A DNA stretch of 64,000 nt from the IMG/VR virus record IMGVR_UViG_3300025413_001239; one strand, written 5' to 3'. A program made the translations under genes and the position numbers. How positions within the stretch are numbered: position 1 is the first letter of the stretch; the number at the start of each line of letters is the position of its first letter. This document shows positions 19,398 to 30,343 of this stretch, one piece after another. The notes below the pieces were generated by a model, which was not told the origin of the DNA, did no database searches, and saw nothing but the letters and a program-made list of their open reading frames with translations. The stretch comes from a virus (lineage: Duplodnaviria > Caudoviricetes).

Positions 19398-21110
19398 ATG
19401 GGTAATATTAAAAACTATGATTTTAGAAGGCTTGATTTAAAATTATCCAATAGTGATTATTGGGATTTTTATTTGGCTGATGATTATACAACGATTGGTC
19501 CAAGTGATTATAATAGTTGTTTAATTATTGATTTTGATTTTAATAACCCAAATATATTCACATCTGGTGCACCAACAACAATTTCTAGTCTCGCTGCATG
19601 GACTGGTGCAACAAATACTGGTTATACACTCACAACAATAGGTTTAACTGGTATTGATAATGGCTTAGTAACTTTTACAAAAGACCCAACAGACCCAACC
19701 AATCAAGCATTATTAGCAGCATTAACAGGTTCAACACTTTATATACCTTCTGGTGATAGTCGTTTACACCTAAATATGGTTTCTGGTATGACTGGTGAAT
19801 ATATTTATCCAATCGATATTTTAACTGGTACAACGGGTCAATACGCTAAATTATCTGGTGGTTTCTATCAAGGTTATTATAAAATTCATGGTACTAATTA
19901 CAGAGTTTTACCAGATAAATACGATAATGGATTTACAGCTAAATTTACACTTTATAAAGATGATACAACCATTTATGATGGTAATACTTTAAATGATAAG
20001 TATCCAAATAATAAAGGGTTTTTCTTTTATATGGGTACTAGAGCTGAAAATAAATTCTGGGATTTATTTACTGGTGCTGATACTGGTTGTACTAGTGGTT
20101 GTACGGTTACATCTGGTTGTACAGATATTTTAAGTCCATGGTGTACAATACCAAAGGAAAATCAAATATTCATTCAAGGAACTGTTAATACTGGTGATAC
20201 AATATCCTTATATCCAGACCAAACAAATAAAGAATATATTACAAATCAATTTTTGATTTATGGTCAGGCTGGTCCAAATAATTCAAATTTTTATCCATGT
20301 TCAACAGGGCCTAGTGGTTTAGGTAATCAAACTGCTTGGTCATATGATGGTAAACCAGTTGTTATTGTTACCCCTAAAACTGTTGTAACCAACACACAAA
20401 ATCCATTTTTAATTTATGGACAAGCTGGTCCAAATAATTCAAATTTTTATCCATGTTCAACAGGGCCTAGTGGGTTTGGTAATCAAACTGCTTGGTCATT
20501 TAGTGGATTTACAAAATCTATTGAGTTTGATAACATAGACTATAAATTAGATGTGGTTGATAATGCTGTTGGTTTTAGAATTAAAGATGATGGTAGTATT
20601 GGTTATAGGTTATTAACAGTTACTGGACAATGTTCTGGTGGTACTTATGTTAACGGACAATTAACGGGTGGTACATATATAACTGGTGTAACAGTACAAG
20701 AAGCCTATTCAGATGCTGGTTTGATACCATATCAAACGTGGACTGATATTGTTATTAGATTTACAATGCCAGATTATTATAATCTTAATCAAATTTATAG
20801 TAAAAAAAATAAGACTGGTAATCTTATGTTTTATATTAATGGTAAACTTAAATTTGTTGTAAAGAATTTTCCAGAATATGTTGGTAAACACTTAAATGAC
20901 CACATGGAAAAACAAATTGGTGTTCCATTTAATATTAGTCTTGGCGGTGGTTCACAGGGTCTTATTGAAACGATGACCTTTGATGGGATTGATGCAAGTG
21001 ATTTGGGTTTAGATATTGAAACTAATTTTGCTGGAAGTTTTATTGGTGGAATATCTGATTTTAAATTTTTTAATTGTGATTTAAGTTATGTTGACATTCA
21101 ATATTTATAA
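19398..21110 (+). CDS. Putative structural protein with internal 52-aa duplication
   Basis: FLIYGQAGPNNSNFYPCSTGPSG occurs twice, 156 bp apart; lectin-like C-terminus. Confidence 0.6.
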   Translation: MGNIKNYDFRRLDLKLSNSDYWDFYLADDYTTIGPSDYNSCLIIDFDFNNPNIFTSGAPTTISSLAAWTGATNTGYTLTTIGLTGIDNGLVTFTKDPTDPTNQALLAALTGSTLYIPSGDSRLHLNMVSGMTGEYIYPIDILTGTTGQYAKLSGGFYQGYYKIHGTNYRVLPDKYDNGFTAKFTLYKDDTTIYDGNTLNDKYPNNKGFFFYMGTRAENKFWDLFTGADTGCTSGCTVTSGCTDILSPWCTIPKENQIFIQGTVNTGDTISLYPDQTNKEYITNQFLIYGQAGPNNSNFYPCSTGPSGLGNQTAWSYDGKPVVIVTPKTVVTNTQNPFLIYGQAGPNNSNFYPCSTGPSGFGNQTAWSFSGFTKSIEFDNIDYKLDVVDNAVGFRIKDDGSIGYRLLTVTGQCSGGTYVNGQLTGGTYITGVTVQEAYSDAGLIPYQTWTDIVIRFTMPDYYNLNQIYSKKNKTGNLMFYINGKLKFVVKNFPEYVGKHLNDHMEKQIGVPFNISLGGGSQGLIETMTFDGIDASDLGLDIETNFAGSFIGGISDFKFFNCDLSYVDIQYL

Positions 21111-21162
21111 ATTAAATTAGGATTAAGAGTATATTTATATAAAAAGTATTTAATTTAAAAAT

Positions 21163-22857
21163 ATGTCAGACAGTTTAATATTAAGGACATCGATAAGTCC
21201 ATATGGTGATACCACTAAGGGTAGTGTTTTATCTGCACAAGAACTTGATGGAAATTTAATTACGTTAAAGGGTGGTCAGGTTAGCTCTATGAGTCTTACC
21301 AATAATGTTCTAATGCTTAATCAATTAAATGGTAACGTTTTAGATATTAATTTAAGCTCAATTGTTGCTGATAGTAAATCTGGTATTAATGGAATGGTTT
21401 TCGATAATTCCAATTATAATTTATCAATTTATAGGAATGATGGTGTAACTTTTACACAAAGTTTAGCTATTTTAGCAACCGATATGACTATTACTGGTGG
21501 TACATTTGATAGTGGTACTGGAACAGCAACCTTTACGAATAATAAGGGTGGTTCATTTCAAGTAACTGGATTTGTTACTGGTTATACTGATACTCATATT
21601 ACTGGTGTAACATTTGATAATTCAAATTATATACTTACATTAGGTGATAACGCTGGTGAAATATTTAACACAAATTTATCTATTTTAGCAACAGATATAA
21701 CCGTTACTGGTGGTACGTATAATACAACTACTGGGATAGTAACTTTTACAAATAATAAAAATGGTTCATTTCAAGTTAGTGGTTTTACCGTTGGGTATAC
21801 AGATTTATATGTTAGTGGTGGAACATTTTCAAATGATACATTATATTTAAACAGAACAGATGGTGTTAATGAACAAGTTACTGGGTTAAGTGAAAATATT
21901 CTATATAATACAAAAATTCCTTCAGGTACAACGGTTGGTTATAGTGTTGGTGGGATTAGTGGTGGAACATTAGTTAACAGCTTAACTGGACAAACAATAA
22001 TTAATATTTTAGATAATATTTTATTCCCAACAATAAATCCTAATGTACAAACAAATCCGTCATCATCTTTAGGTGTTACTGTAACACCATCGGCTGGTGG
22101 TCAATATTTATATTTATTAAGTAATAACACTTATTTATTTTTAGTTTCTGGTGCAACAACATTTAATATATATTTAACTGATAGTTATAATGCTGGTTCA
22201 GTTTATTTAAATGGAACACTTCAAGGAGCTGCTGGTGGTAATGCTAATGTATATACCTTTTATGTACCTAACTCAACATCACCAGTTACCATAGGTTCAT
22301 CCAATTATAATTATATCCTTACACCAACAATAGGTCAATTAACGTCATTTGGTGTCACAACAACTTATGACGTTGGTCCATCATATAAAGATAGTCGTGG
22401 TAATAATGTTGGTAGTCTTGTTCCAGCTGGTAAAACACCAAAAGCATCAAGTAATGTTGAAGGGGTTTATCCATTATATGCTACAGTTTATAATGGTAAT
22501 ATTAGTGCTATTAGTGCTTTTACACAATTACCATTATTATCAATGGTGAACCCACCATCAACTCAACCTAATGGTACCCAATCTACAAATGGTGCATTTG
22601 CAATAAGTTTTGCGTCTGAAGTTAATCCAAATGGCGGTGCTTGGTTAGGATATAAACAAAAAATAATAATACCAACTGGTATAACAAAAACATTAAATAT
22701 TATTAAATACACAAATAATGTTGGAAATAATGAAACTAATTCTTGGCCAAGGACCACAATAACATATAATGGGTTAGGTTATTATCAATATGTATATAAT
22801 GGTAGTAATAGAGGTGCAACTAATGGTGGAAATCAAACGTATATTTACTTTACATAA
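21163..22857 (+). CDS. Putative tail/head fibre protein
   Basis: N-terminal KGSVLSAQELDGN anchor-like motif; TGGTY..T.TFTNN repeats. Confidence 0.65.
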   Translation: MSDSLILRTSISPYGDTTKGSVLSAQELDGNLITLKGGQVSSMSLTNNVLMLNQLNGNVLDINLSSIVADSKSGINGMVFDNSNYNLSIYRNDGVTFTQSLAILATDMTITGGTFDSGTGTATFTNNKGGSFQVTGFVTGYTDTHITGVTFDNSNYILTLGDNAGEIFNTNLSILATDITVTGGTYNTTTGIVTFTNNKNGSFQVSGFTVGYTDLYVSGGTFSNDTLYLNRTDGVNEQVTGLSENILYNTKIPSGTTVGYSVGGISGGTLVNSLTGQTIINILDNILFPTINPNVQTNPSSSLGVTVTPSAGGQYLYLLSNNTYLFLVSGATTFNIYLTDSYNAGSVYLNGTLQGAAGGNANVYTFYVPNSTSPVTIGSSNYNYILTPTIGQLTSFGVTTTYDVGPSYKDSRGNNVGSLVPAGKTPKASSNVEGVYPLYATVYNGNISAISAFTQLPLLSMVNPPSTQPNGTQSTNGAFAISFASEVNPNGGAWLGYKQKIIIPTGITKTLNIIKYTNNVGNNETNSWPRTTITYNGLGYYQYVYNGSNRGATNGGNQTYIYFT

Positions 22858-22868
22858 AAAAATAAAAA

Positions 22869-25112
22869 ATGAGAATAACTGGAGATACAATACTAGCTTC
22901 TTCATACGAAGTACAAAAATCAACACCATTAGATACTAGACAATGGGTTCAAAATTTATCAGATTTAACTGGTGTGACATTTGGTTCATATTATAGTGGT
23001 ATGACCGTTTCAGTTTATGGTGATACAGCATCAACAGCTAATAATGGTGTATATTATTTTAATGGCCAAAATCAAACTAGTTTAAGTAGTTGGGTTAAAT
23101 TAATTGATACAACCGTAATTGGAAATTACTTGACACTATCTGGTGGAACTGTAAGTGGTAATACTGTATTTTTAAGTGGTCTTACCGCAACAACAATATC
23201 CGCTACAACATATCAGAATCTACCAGCAACACCATACTTGAATTTATCTGGTGGAACTGTTACTGGTGCAACGAAATTTACTAGTGGACTTACAGCAAAT
23301 ACAATATCCGCTACAACATATCAGAATCTACCAGCAACACCATACTTACCTCTATCTGGTGGAACTGTTACTGGTAATACCGTATTTACTAGTGGACTTA
23401 CCGCAACTACGTTAAACGTGGGTCAAATATTTAGTGTTAATAGTAATGGTAATGTTGGGTTTGGTACTAACATTTCAGGTGGTACAACTAATGGAATGTG
23501 GTATGATGCTACAAATAAAGCATTAAATATTAATAACCAAACACCTCAAAGTACATATAATTTAGAGGTTAATGGTACAATTAGAAGTAATAATGGTATT
23601 TTTCTTGGTCAATACTCAGCTCCAAGCTTAAGTGCAACAACTGGTACATCGGGTACATTAACAGCTGGTACTTATTATTATATTGTCACAACTGTAGATA
23701 ACTATGGTAATTCGACAAATGGTAGTAATGAGGTATCAGCAACATTACCAATTGGTACCACAAATGGTAGTATTTATTTAACTTGGAATCTTATCTCAGG
23801 GGCTTCATCATATAATCTTTATAGGTCTACTGGTGGTACAAAAAATGAAAACCAATACATTAATGTATCATCATCAATAGGTGCATCAAGTGTTCCAACA
23901 ACTGTCTCATATACTGATAAAAACTACACTGGTTATACAAATGGTACTGTTCCAGCATTTAATGCATCGGCTCAAATAGCCATACAACCAAGTGCTGGTA
24001 GAACAATTACATCTGGTGGTGCATTATTTGTTGGTGATGGAAACAATTATTTAAGTGATGTGGTATTAACATTAAATCCATCATTTAGTGTTGCTGGTCC
24101 TTCGTCATCTGGTTCGACACCTAGTAATAGACTTATAGTTAAGGGTTTAAGTTGGAACTCAACATATGGTGCTACACCAAGCGTTGGTTTTTTACAAATG
24201 AACAATGTTTTAAATAATAACAACCCAACGATTGATAAGCTTTCATTTAGTGTTGGTTCGGCTACTCAATCAAATTATAATGGTTCAACACTTAATGGTG
24301 TTGAGAGATTCAACATACAGACTGACGGTTCATTTAACCATTATCTTTCAAATAAATTTAATGTATCCCAATCATTGACTGGAAATGGAAACATAAATTT
24401 ATATAGTGGTTCAACAACTGTTTATGGGAATGTAACTAACTTTTTAACCCAATTTAATATAGGTGATACGTTTACTGCTGGAACTAATGTTTATACTGTA
24501 ACAGCTATTACCAGTGATTCACAATTAAGTATAAGTCCAGCATTTTCTGGAACTTTGACATCTAACCAAATAACTATTCTATTATATAGTGGTGCTTCTT
24601 CTGGTGTTACATATTATGGGGATGTTAGTAAATGGGCGTTTGCACCTAATACACAAATTACAATAAGTGGTTCGGTATATACTGTGATATCATCTGCCGC
24701 TGGTACATTTTATTTAGGTACAAACTTTACTGGTACAACTAGTGCTTATACATATACAACATATAATACTTATAATACACCATATTATTTAAATGGTGGT
24801 ACTAAATTTAATGTTAACGCTAATGGTCAAACAACTATTAATGGTAAATTAAGTATTCTTTCTGGTGTTACTGGAAGTAGTGCTTCTGTGGGTACTGCTA
24901 AATTTACTTCTGGTGTTGTGACTTTAACTAATACATGTATAACATCAAATTCTAAAGTGTTCTTAACCGTTACCGCACCTTCTGGTAATATTGGTATACC
25001 AACAAGAAGTGGTACAACAACCAATTCTATGCAAATTGTTAGTTTATCAGCTGGTACAACAGCCGTTCAAACTGGTGATAATAGTACATTTGATTATTGG
25101 ATTATAAATTAA
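22869..25112 (+). CDS. Putative tail fibre protein
   Basis: PLDTRQWV N-terminus; shares the 36-aa repeat with 11571-16970; GTYYYIVTTVDNYG beta-rich domain. Confidence 0.7.
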   Translation: MRITGDTILASSYEVQKSTPLDTRQWVQNLSDLTGVTFGSYYSGMTVSVYGDTASTANNGVYYFNGQNQTSLSSWVKLIDTTVIGNYLTLSGGTVSGNTVFLSGLTATTISATTYQNLPATPYLNLSGGTVTGATKFTSGLTANTISATTYQNLPATPYLPLSGGTVTGNTVFTSGLTATTLNVGQIFSVNSNGNVGFGTNISGGTTNGMWYDATNKALNINNQTPQSTYNLEVNGTIRSNNGIFLGQYSAPSLSATTGTSGTLTAGTYYYIVTTVDNYGNSTNGSNEVSATLPIGTTNGSIYLTWNLISGASSYNLYRSTGGTKNENQYINVSSSIGASSVPTTVSYTDKNYTGYTNGTVPAFNASAQIAIQPSAGRTITSGGALFVGDGNNYLSDVVLTLNPSFSVAGPSSSGSTPSNRLIVKGLSWNSTYGATPSVGFLQMNNVLNNNNPTIDKLSFSVGSATQSNYNGSTLNGVERFNIQTDGSFNHYLSNKFNVSQSLTGNGNINLYSGSTTVYGNVTNFLTQFNIGDTFTAGTNVYTVTAITSDSQLSISPAFSGTLTSNQITILLYSGASSGVTYYGDVSKWAFAPNTQITISGSVYTVISSAAGTFYLGTNFTGTTSAYTYTTYNTYNTPYYLNGGTKFNVNANGQTTINGKLSILSGVTGSSASVGTAKFTSGVVTLTNTCITSNSKVFLTVTAPSGNIGIPTRSGTTTNSMQIVSLSAGTTAVQTGDNSTFDYWIIN

Positions 25113-25118
25113 AAATAT

Positions 25119-25490
25119 ATGGACTTTTTTATAAATAAAAACTCAACACTTCCTATTCTCAAGCTTGAGCTAATTCAAGATGGTCGAAACGATTTTGAGA
25201 AGTTTTTTGAAAAAATACAAAATGCTAATATATACTTTAGCATGAGTGATATTGTGACAGGTGTTAAGCGTATTGGTTTTAAACCAGCCACTTTATCATT
25301 AGTTACTCCTGAAAGTTGTATGGGTGAAGAATATTACATAACTTATCAATTTTCAGAACAGGAAACAAGTAAAGCTGGTCGTTATGTTGGTCAATTTACA
25401 ATTCAATTTCTTGACGGTACTGGAACATTGATAGTTCCTATCAAAGAAGAGTTATATATAAACGTATTGGATGGTGGAATAAAAAAGTAA
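25119..25490 (+). CDS. BppU-like baseplate/fibre adaptor protein
   Basis: FFINKNSTLPILKLEL...AGRYVGQFTIQF pattern. Confidence 0.45.
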   Translation: MDFFINKNSTLPILKLELIQDGRNDFEKFFEKIQNANIYFSMSDIVTGVKRIGFKPATLSLVTPESCMGEEYYITYQFSEQETSKAGRYVGQFTIQFLDGTGTLIVPIKEELYINVLDGGIKK

Positions 25491-25493
25491 TAA

Positions 25494-25525
25494 TTTGTTT
25501 TTTTAAAAAATAAAACGTATATTTG
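25494..25525 (+). promoter_or_regulatory. Bacteroidota-type promoter 1 upstream of polB
   Basis: TTTG (25494-25497)-N20-TATATTTG (25518-25525). Confidence 0.75.
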
Positions 25526-25568
25526 TTAAACTTTAAGTAAAGTTTAAAAATCTTTTTTAGTTAAATCA

Positions 25569-25600
25569 TTTGGTATTTTAATTTTATCAATGTATATTTG
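25569..25600 (+). promoter_or_regulatory. Bacteroidota-type promoter 2 upstream of polB
   Basis: TTTG (25569-25572)-N20-TATATTTG (25593-25600). Confidence 0.75.
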
Positions 25601-25617
25601 CATAAAATTATATATAA

Positions 25618-28600
25618 ATGAGTAAAGTAGATGCTACGATTATTGAATCGTTTCTTAATGGTAACAACCCTAAAAAGTATGTTGTTGGTATTGAAGCCAA
25701 TTACGGTGAGCCATTCGTTAATTTAATTGTTAACGACCCAGATACTGGAAAAAAAATAGAACGCTATCCTTTTAAGCCATTTTTATGGTTTAAAGAAGAT
25801 GTTGCCAAAATACTCTATGGTGGTAGTAAAGTAAAAGCCATGCAAAAAGCTCAAGATTATGGTATTAAAAGCCAAAGATTAATGGTGGGTGATGCAAATG
25901 GGAATATCCCTAAGAGATTAGAAAATGGGTATAGATATCTAGCAACTTGTAATAAATCCTATAACGATTTAATTCGTTACTTTAAAGATGGTGGTGTCGA
26001 CATCTTTGACAAAGAATTCTCTAAATTATTTTTCTCTTTTACACCAGTTGAACAATTTATGATTCAAAGTGGTATCCGTATGTTTAAGGGTATGGATGAT
26101 TATAATGATTTACATAGGTTCCAATTTGACTTGGAGACTGAAGGGTTATCTGGTAATGTTGATGGTATATTTCAAATTGGTATGCGAGACAATAGAGGTT
26201 TTGAGCAAGTGCTTGAAACTAAAGGTAATACCTTACAAGAAAAACGTGAATGTGAACGTGAAAATATTAAAGAATTTTTTAGGATAATTGATAGGTTAAA
26301 ACCAGATATTATAACTGGTTACAACTCAGAATCATTTGACTGGACTTTTATTGTTGATAGATGCCAAAGGCTTTCTTTAGATGTATCTAAAATTTCAATA
26401 TGTTTAGATGCAAATTCTAGTTTAAAGAGAAAACCAGCAATGCTTAAATTGGGTAATGAGATGGAATCATATAACCAAACATATATGTATGGTTATAATA
26501 TTATTGATATTGCACATTCTGTTAGGCGAGCACAAGCGATTAATTCTGATATTAAGGGTTGGGGTTTAAAGTACATTACACAATATTCTGAAATTAATAA
26601 AAAGAATCGTGTTTACATCCCAGGTGATAAAATCCACACAATTTGGTCCGATACAGTAAATGAGTATGCTTTTAATGATAATAATGGTGATTGGTATAAG
26701 ATATCCGATAGGATGGAACTAAAAGAAAACTATGTTATAGTTAAGGGTGATTATCTTATTCAAAGATACTTATTAGATGACTTATGGGAAACTGAACAAA
26801 TTGATACAATATTTAATCAAGCAGCTTTTTTGATTGCTAAATTATTACCAACAACATATAGTCGTAGTTCTACGATGGGTACTGCTAGTCAGTGGAAGCT
26901 TATCATGGCCGCTTGGTCTTATGAGAATGGCTTAGCTATTCCAGAAACAGAACCTAAGCGTGAATTTACTGGTGGTTTATCAAGACTTTTAGAATTAGGT
27001 TATGCTAGAAATGTTGTTAAACTTGACTATGCTGCGTTGTATCCTAAAACTGAGTTAACACATTTAATTTTTCCAGATTTGGATATTAGTGGTGTGATGG
27101 AAGGCTTGTTGACTTATGTTGTTGATACTCGTGATACATTTAAATTCTTAACTGGTAAGGAAAAGAAAGTAGCTAAAAAATTAGCTGATGAAATTGAATC
27201 AAATAAAGATAATTATACACAAGAAAAACTAGATGAATTAAAAGTAGAACAAAAAAATCATAAGGCTTTAGCTAGTCTTTATGATAAAAAACAGCTACCA
27301 CTTAAAATACTTGCAAACTCTTGGTTTGGTGCATATGGTGCTCCTTATATTTTTAATTGGGGTGCCTCTGATTGTGCTGAAGAAACAACTTGTCGTGGCC
27401 GTCAGTACTTAAGACTTATGGTTAGACACTTTAGTGAAAAGTATGGGTTTAAAGCACTTGTTGGTGATTCTGTAACATACGATACACCTGTTTATATTAG
27501 ATATAAATCAAATAAAAATTATATTGATGTATTACCTATATGTGATTTATTTAATGAAAATTCAGAATTTTTAGATATTGATAAATTTAGGGATTTTGAA
27601 GAAAAACCATTTGAAGTTTTGACACGTAATGGTTGGAAAGATATAAAATACGTATACAGACATGAAACAAATAAAAAAATTCATAGGATAACAACTAAAG
27701 ATAGACTAATAAATGTTACTGAAGACCATTCGTTATTTAAAAATGGTAAAGAGGTTAAACCATCTGAACTTAAAAGATTCGATGAAATTGACACATATGA
27801 AATTCCGAGAAATAATGTTGATACAACGTTTAATATTAGTAAAGCATATTTGTGTGGTTTTTTCTTAGGGGATGGTTCTGCCAATTGTTCAACTAGAAAA
27901 CAAAAATATGTTTCTAAAAAAACTGGTGAAGTACATATAAATAAAGGTAAAAGAAGTGATTGGAAAATATCTAATTCGAGAATTGGGTTATTAGAAAAAT
28001 TACAGACTATACTTAAAGATGAATATTCCATTGATGCCGTGATTAAGAATCATGTTAAATCAAGCGGTGTTTATAATTTGGTTGTACATAATGTTGATTT
28101 TGCTAATAATTTTTGCGAAAACTTTTATACATCATATAGAGAAAAGAAAATACCATATATGATATTAAATGCAACTGAAGATATTAAAAAAGCATTTATT
28201 GAGGGTGTTTTTGCTTCGGATGGTTATGGTGATACAATAGAGGATTGCTCTGATATTGGTATGAAGTCACAAGTAGCTATGGCTGGTATTAGTTTGTTAC
28301 TTAAAGAATTAAATATTGAATATAAGATTAAAACAAGGTCTGATAAGCAAAATTTTATTTCATTTTCACTAAAAAACAATAATAGAAATAATTCTCCATT
28401 TACAGAATTAACAAAAAAGAAAACTAATGAGGTTTGGAAAAACGAAATTATTTTAAATAAAGATAAAAATAAATTTGTTTATGATATATCAACAGAAGAT
28501 GGTACTTTTATTTGTGGTATAAACGGTATAATAGCACATAATACTGATGGTTTCAACTTTTCTTTTCCTGATAATATCGATAATATTAAGTATTTAGCTA

Positions 28601-30294
28601 AGGGTTCACATTGGAAAACAACTGAAGATGCTGGTAAGGAATTATCTGGCTTAGAAGCTGTTTTGGCTGAGTTTAACGAAACTTATATGATTGGTAGGAT
28701 GGGTTTGGATATTGATGATATTTGTACTTCAACAATCAATTTCTCACGTAAAAACTACGCTAACGATATTAATGGTAAAATTAAATTTGTGGGTAACTCC
28801 ATCAAATCTAAAAAGATGCCAGTTTATATTGAAGATTTCTTAAGTAAGGCTATTAGGTTATTATTAGATGGTAAGGGTTCAGAATTTATAGACTTTTATT
28901 ATGAATACGTTGATTTGATTTATAATGGAAATATTCCAGTTGTAAAAATAGCATCTAAATCTAAAGTTAAATCAAGTATTTCAGATTATAAGAAAAAAGC
29001 ATTTAAGAAAAATAAGGCTGGTAATCCAATGCCTAAACAAGCACATATGGAGTTGGCTATTAGGGCCGATTTAGACGTTAATTTAGGTGATACCCTTTAC
29101 TATGTTAACACTGGTAATTCAAAGTCTCAAGGTGACCTTAAAAGCGTTAAAAAAGATAATGGTGCAACTGAGTTGCAATTGAATTGTAAACTGATTGACC
29201 CGATGATTGTTGAAAGCAATTTAGAGGTTCTTAAGGAGATTGAAACCATTAAAAAGATTATAGCTACGGAAACAGATGATGATAAGATAGAAAAGCTTCA
29301 AAATCAAATTGTAGAAATGGAATCAACTCTTATTAGAGATGATTATAATGTTGCTAAGTATCTTGAAGCTTTTAATAAAAAGGTAAAGCCGCTTTTGGTT
29401 TGTTTTCATATCGATATTAGGGGTAAAATTCTTTTAAATATCAAAAAAGATAAAAAAACTAAACTTGAGAAGTTGGAAGAAAAAAATATATTCACTAAGT
29501 TGCAATGTGAACTTGTATCTGGAATGCCAAATAAACCAGAAGACCAAGATTCCTATGAAGAATTGATGACAATGGAAGATAAGGAAATTAAATTCTGGAT
29601 TAAGGTGAATAAGATTCCAAATAATATGACCGAAGACGAATTTGATATTATACAAAGAAATTATATTGAAAGAAAACGTATTGAAAGAGAAGAAGGTATT
29701 GCTCACGAAAAACAACTGTTACAAGATATATTTAAACATCTTGAATATCATGAATTATTAGATATTAAGAATGGTGAAAATATACCAGTTGAGATACTCA
29801 CAAATAGAGACTTAAACTTTGAAAATGGTGATATAATATCTAAAAAATGGGATGAAGTTGTTGGTAATTTTAGGGATATCTTTAAATACGAAAAGGAAAT
29901 TAAAGAAAGACACGAATGGTATAAATCAACAAATAATACTAAGGATGATAGATACCAAGATTGGATAAATTATCGTAACGAATTAGAGGTTACTTCAATT
30001 AAAGTTCATTTTGAGGAAGAGCTTGAAGCATTTGATATTAGCGAACCAATTAGAAGGGTAGCTGATAAAATATCAAAAAATGAAATAATTATACCAGTAG
30101 TTGTTGAAACTAAGAAACAAGTTAAAAAAGAAGATGATGACGATGATGAAGAAATTGAAATAGAACCAATTGATGATTTTAGTCCAGAACTCCAACAGTT
30201 TGAATTTAATGTTGAGGTACCAGAAAGTATATCTGAACCACCTATTCAAAAAGTTGAAGAGGTTGAGGAAGAGGATGAATGGAATATGTTTTAA
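25618..30294 (+). CDS. polB: Family B DNA polymerase with intein
   Basis: Exonuclease motifs FDLETEG and GYNSESFD; motif A DYAALYP; KILANSWFG; VGD|TDG; RKNYA. Confidence 0.95.
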   Translation: MSKVDATIIESFLNGNNPKKYVVGIEANYGEPFVNLIVNDPDTGKKIERYPFKPFLWFKEDVAKILYGGSKVKAMQKAQDYGIKSQRLMVGDANGNIPKRLENGYRYLATCNKSYNDLIRYFKDGGVDIFDKEFSKLFFSFTPVEQFMIQSGIRMFKGMDDYNDLHRFQFDLETEGLSGNVDGIFQIGMRDNRGFEQVLETKGNTLQEKRECERENIKEFFRIIDRLKPDIITGYNSESFDWTFIVDRCQRLSLDVSKISICLDANSSLKRKPAMLKLGNEMESYNQTYMYGYNIIDIAHSVRRAQAINSDIKGWGLKYITQYSEINKKNRVYIPGDKIHTIWSDTVNEYAFNDNNGDWYKISDRMELKENYVIVKGDYLIQRYLLDDLWETEQIDTIFNQAAFLIAKLLPTTYSRSSTMGTASQWKLIMAAWSYENGLAIPETEPKREFTGGLSRLLELGYARNVVKLDYAALYPKTELTHLIFPDLDISGVMEGLLTYVVDTRDTFKFLTGKEKKVAKKLADEIESNKDNYTQEKLDELKVEQKNHKALASLYDKKQLPLKILANSWFGAYGAPYIFNWGASDCAEETTCRGRQYLRLMVRHFSEKYGFKALVGDSVTYDTPVYIRYKSNKNYIDVLPICDLFNENSEFLDIDKFRDFEEKPFEVLTRNGWKDIKYVYRHETNKKIHRITTKDRLINVTEDHSLFKNGKEVKPSELKRFDEIDTYEIPRNNVDTTFNISKAYLCGFFLGDGSANCSTRKQKYVSKKTGEVHINKGKRSDWKISNSRIGLLEKLQTILKDEYSIDAVIKNHVKSSGVYNLVVHNVDFANNFCENFYTSYREKKIPYMILNATEDIKKAFIEGVFASDGYGDTIEDCSDIGMKSQVAMAGISLLLKELNIEYKIKTRSDKQNFISFSLKNNNRNNSPFTELTKKKTNEVWKNEIILNKDKNKFVYDISTEDGTFICGINGIIAHNTDGFNFSFPDNIDNIKYLAKGSHWKTTEDAGKELSGLEAVLAEFNETYMIGRMGLDIDDICTSTINFSRKNYANDINGKIKFVGNSIKSKKMPVYIEDFLSKAIRLLLDGKGSEFIDFYYEYVDLIYNGNIPVVKIASKSKVKSSISDYKKKAFKKNKAGNPMPKQAHMELAIRADLDVNLGDTLYYVNTGNSKSQGDLKSVKKDNGATELQLNCKLIDPMIVESNLEVLKEIETIKKIIATETDDDKIEKLQNQIVEMESTLIRDDYNVAKYLEAFNKKVKPLLVCFHIDIRGKILLNIKKDKKTKLEKLEEKNIFTKLQCELVSGMPNKPEDQDSYEELMTMEDKEIKFWIKVNKIPNNMTEDEFDIIQRNYIERKRIEREEGIAHEKQLLQDIFKHLEYHELLDIKNGENIPVEILTNRDLNFENGDIISKKWDEVVGNFRDIFKYEKEIKERHEWYKSTNNTKDDRYQDWINYRNELEVTSIKVHFEEELEAFDISEPIRRVADKISKNEIIIPVVVETKKQVKKEDDDDDEEIEIEPIDDFSPELQQFEFNVEVPESISEPPIQKVEEVEEEDEWNMF
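27469..28542 (+). mobile_element. 358-aa intein with LAGLIDADG domain in polB motif C
   Basis: VGD|SVTYDTPVY...VTEDHS...GFFLGDG...GIIAHN|TDG. Confidence 0.95.
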
Positions 30295-30296
30295 AA

Positions 30297-30337
30297 AAAA
30301 TGGGTTCTGTGTTTATAAATAACACAGAACCCATTTT
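30297..30337. terminator. Bidirectional terminator between convergent genes
   Basis: 17-bp inverted repeat AAAATGGGTTCTGTGTT / AACACAGAACCCATTTT. Confidence 0.85.
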
Positions 30338-30343
30338 ATATTG

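Noticed and set aside
20249-20500. DGR template/variable repeat pair
   Set aside because: Differences are synonymous rather than adenine-specific, and no reverse transcriptase is in the window.
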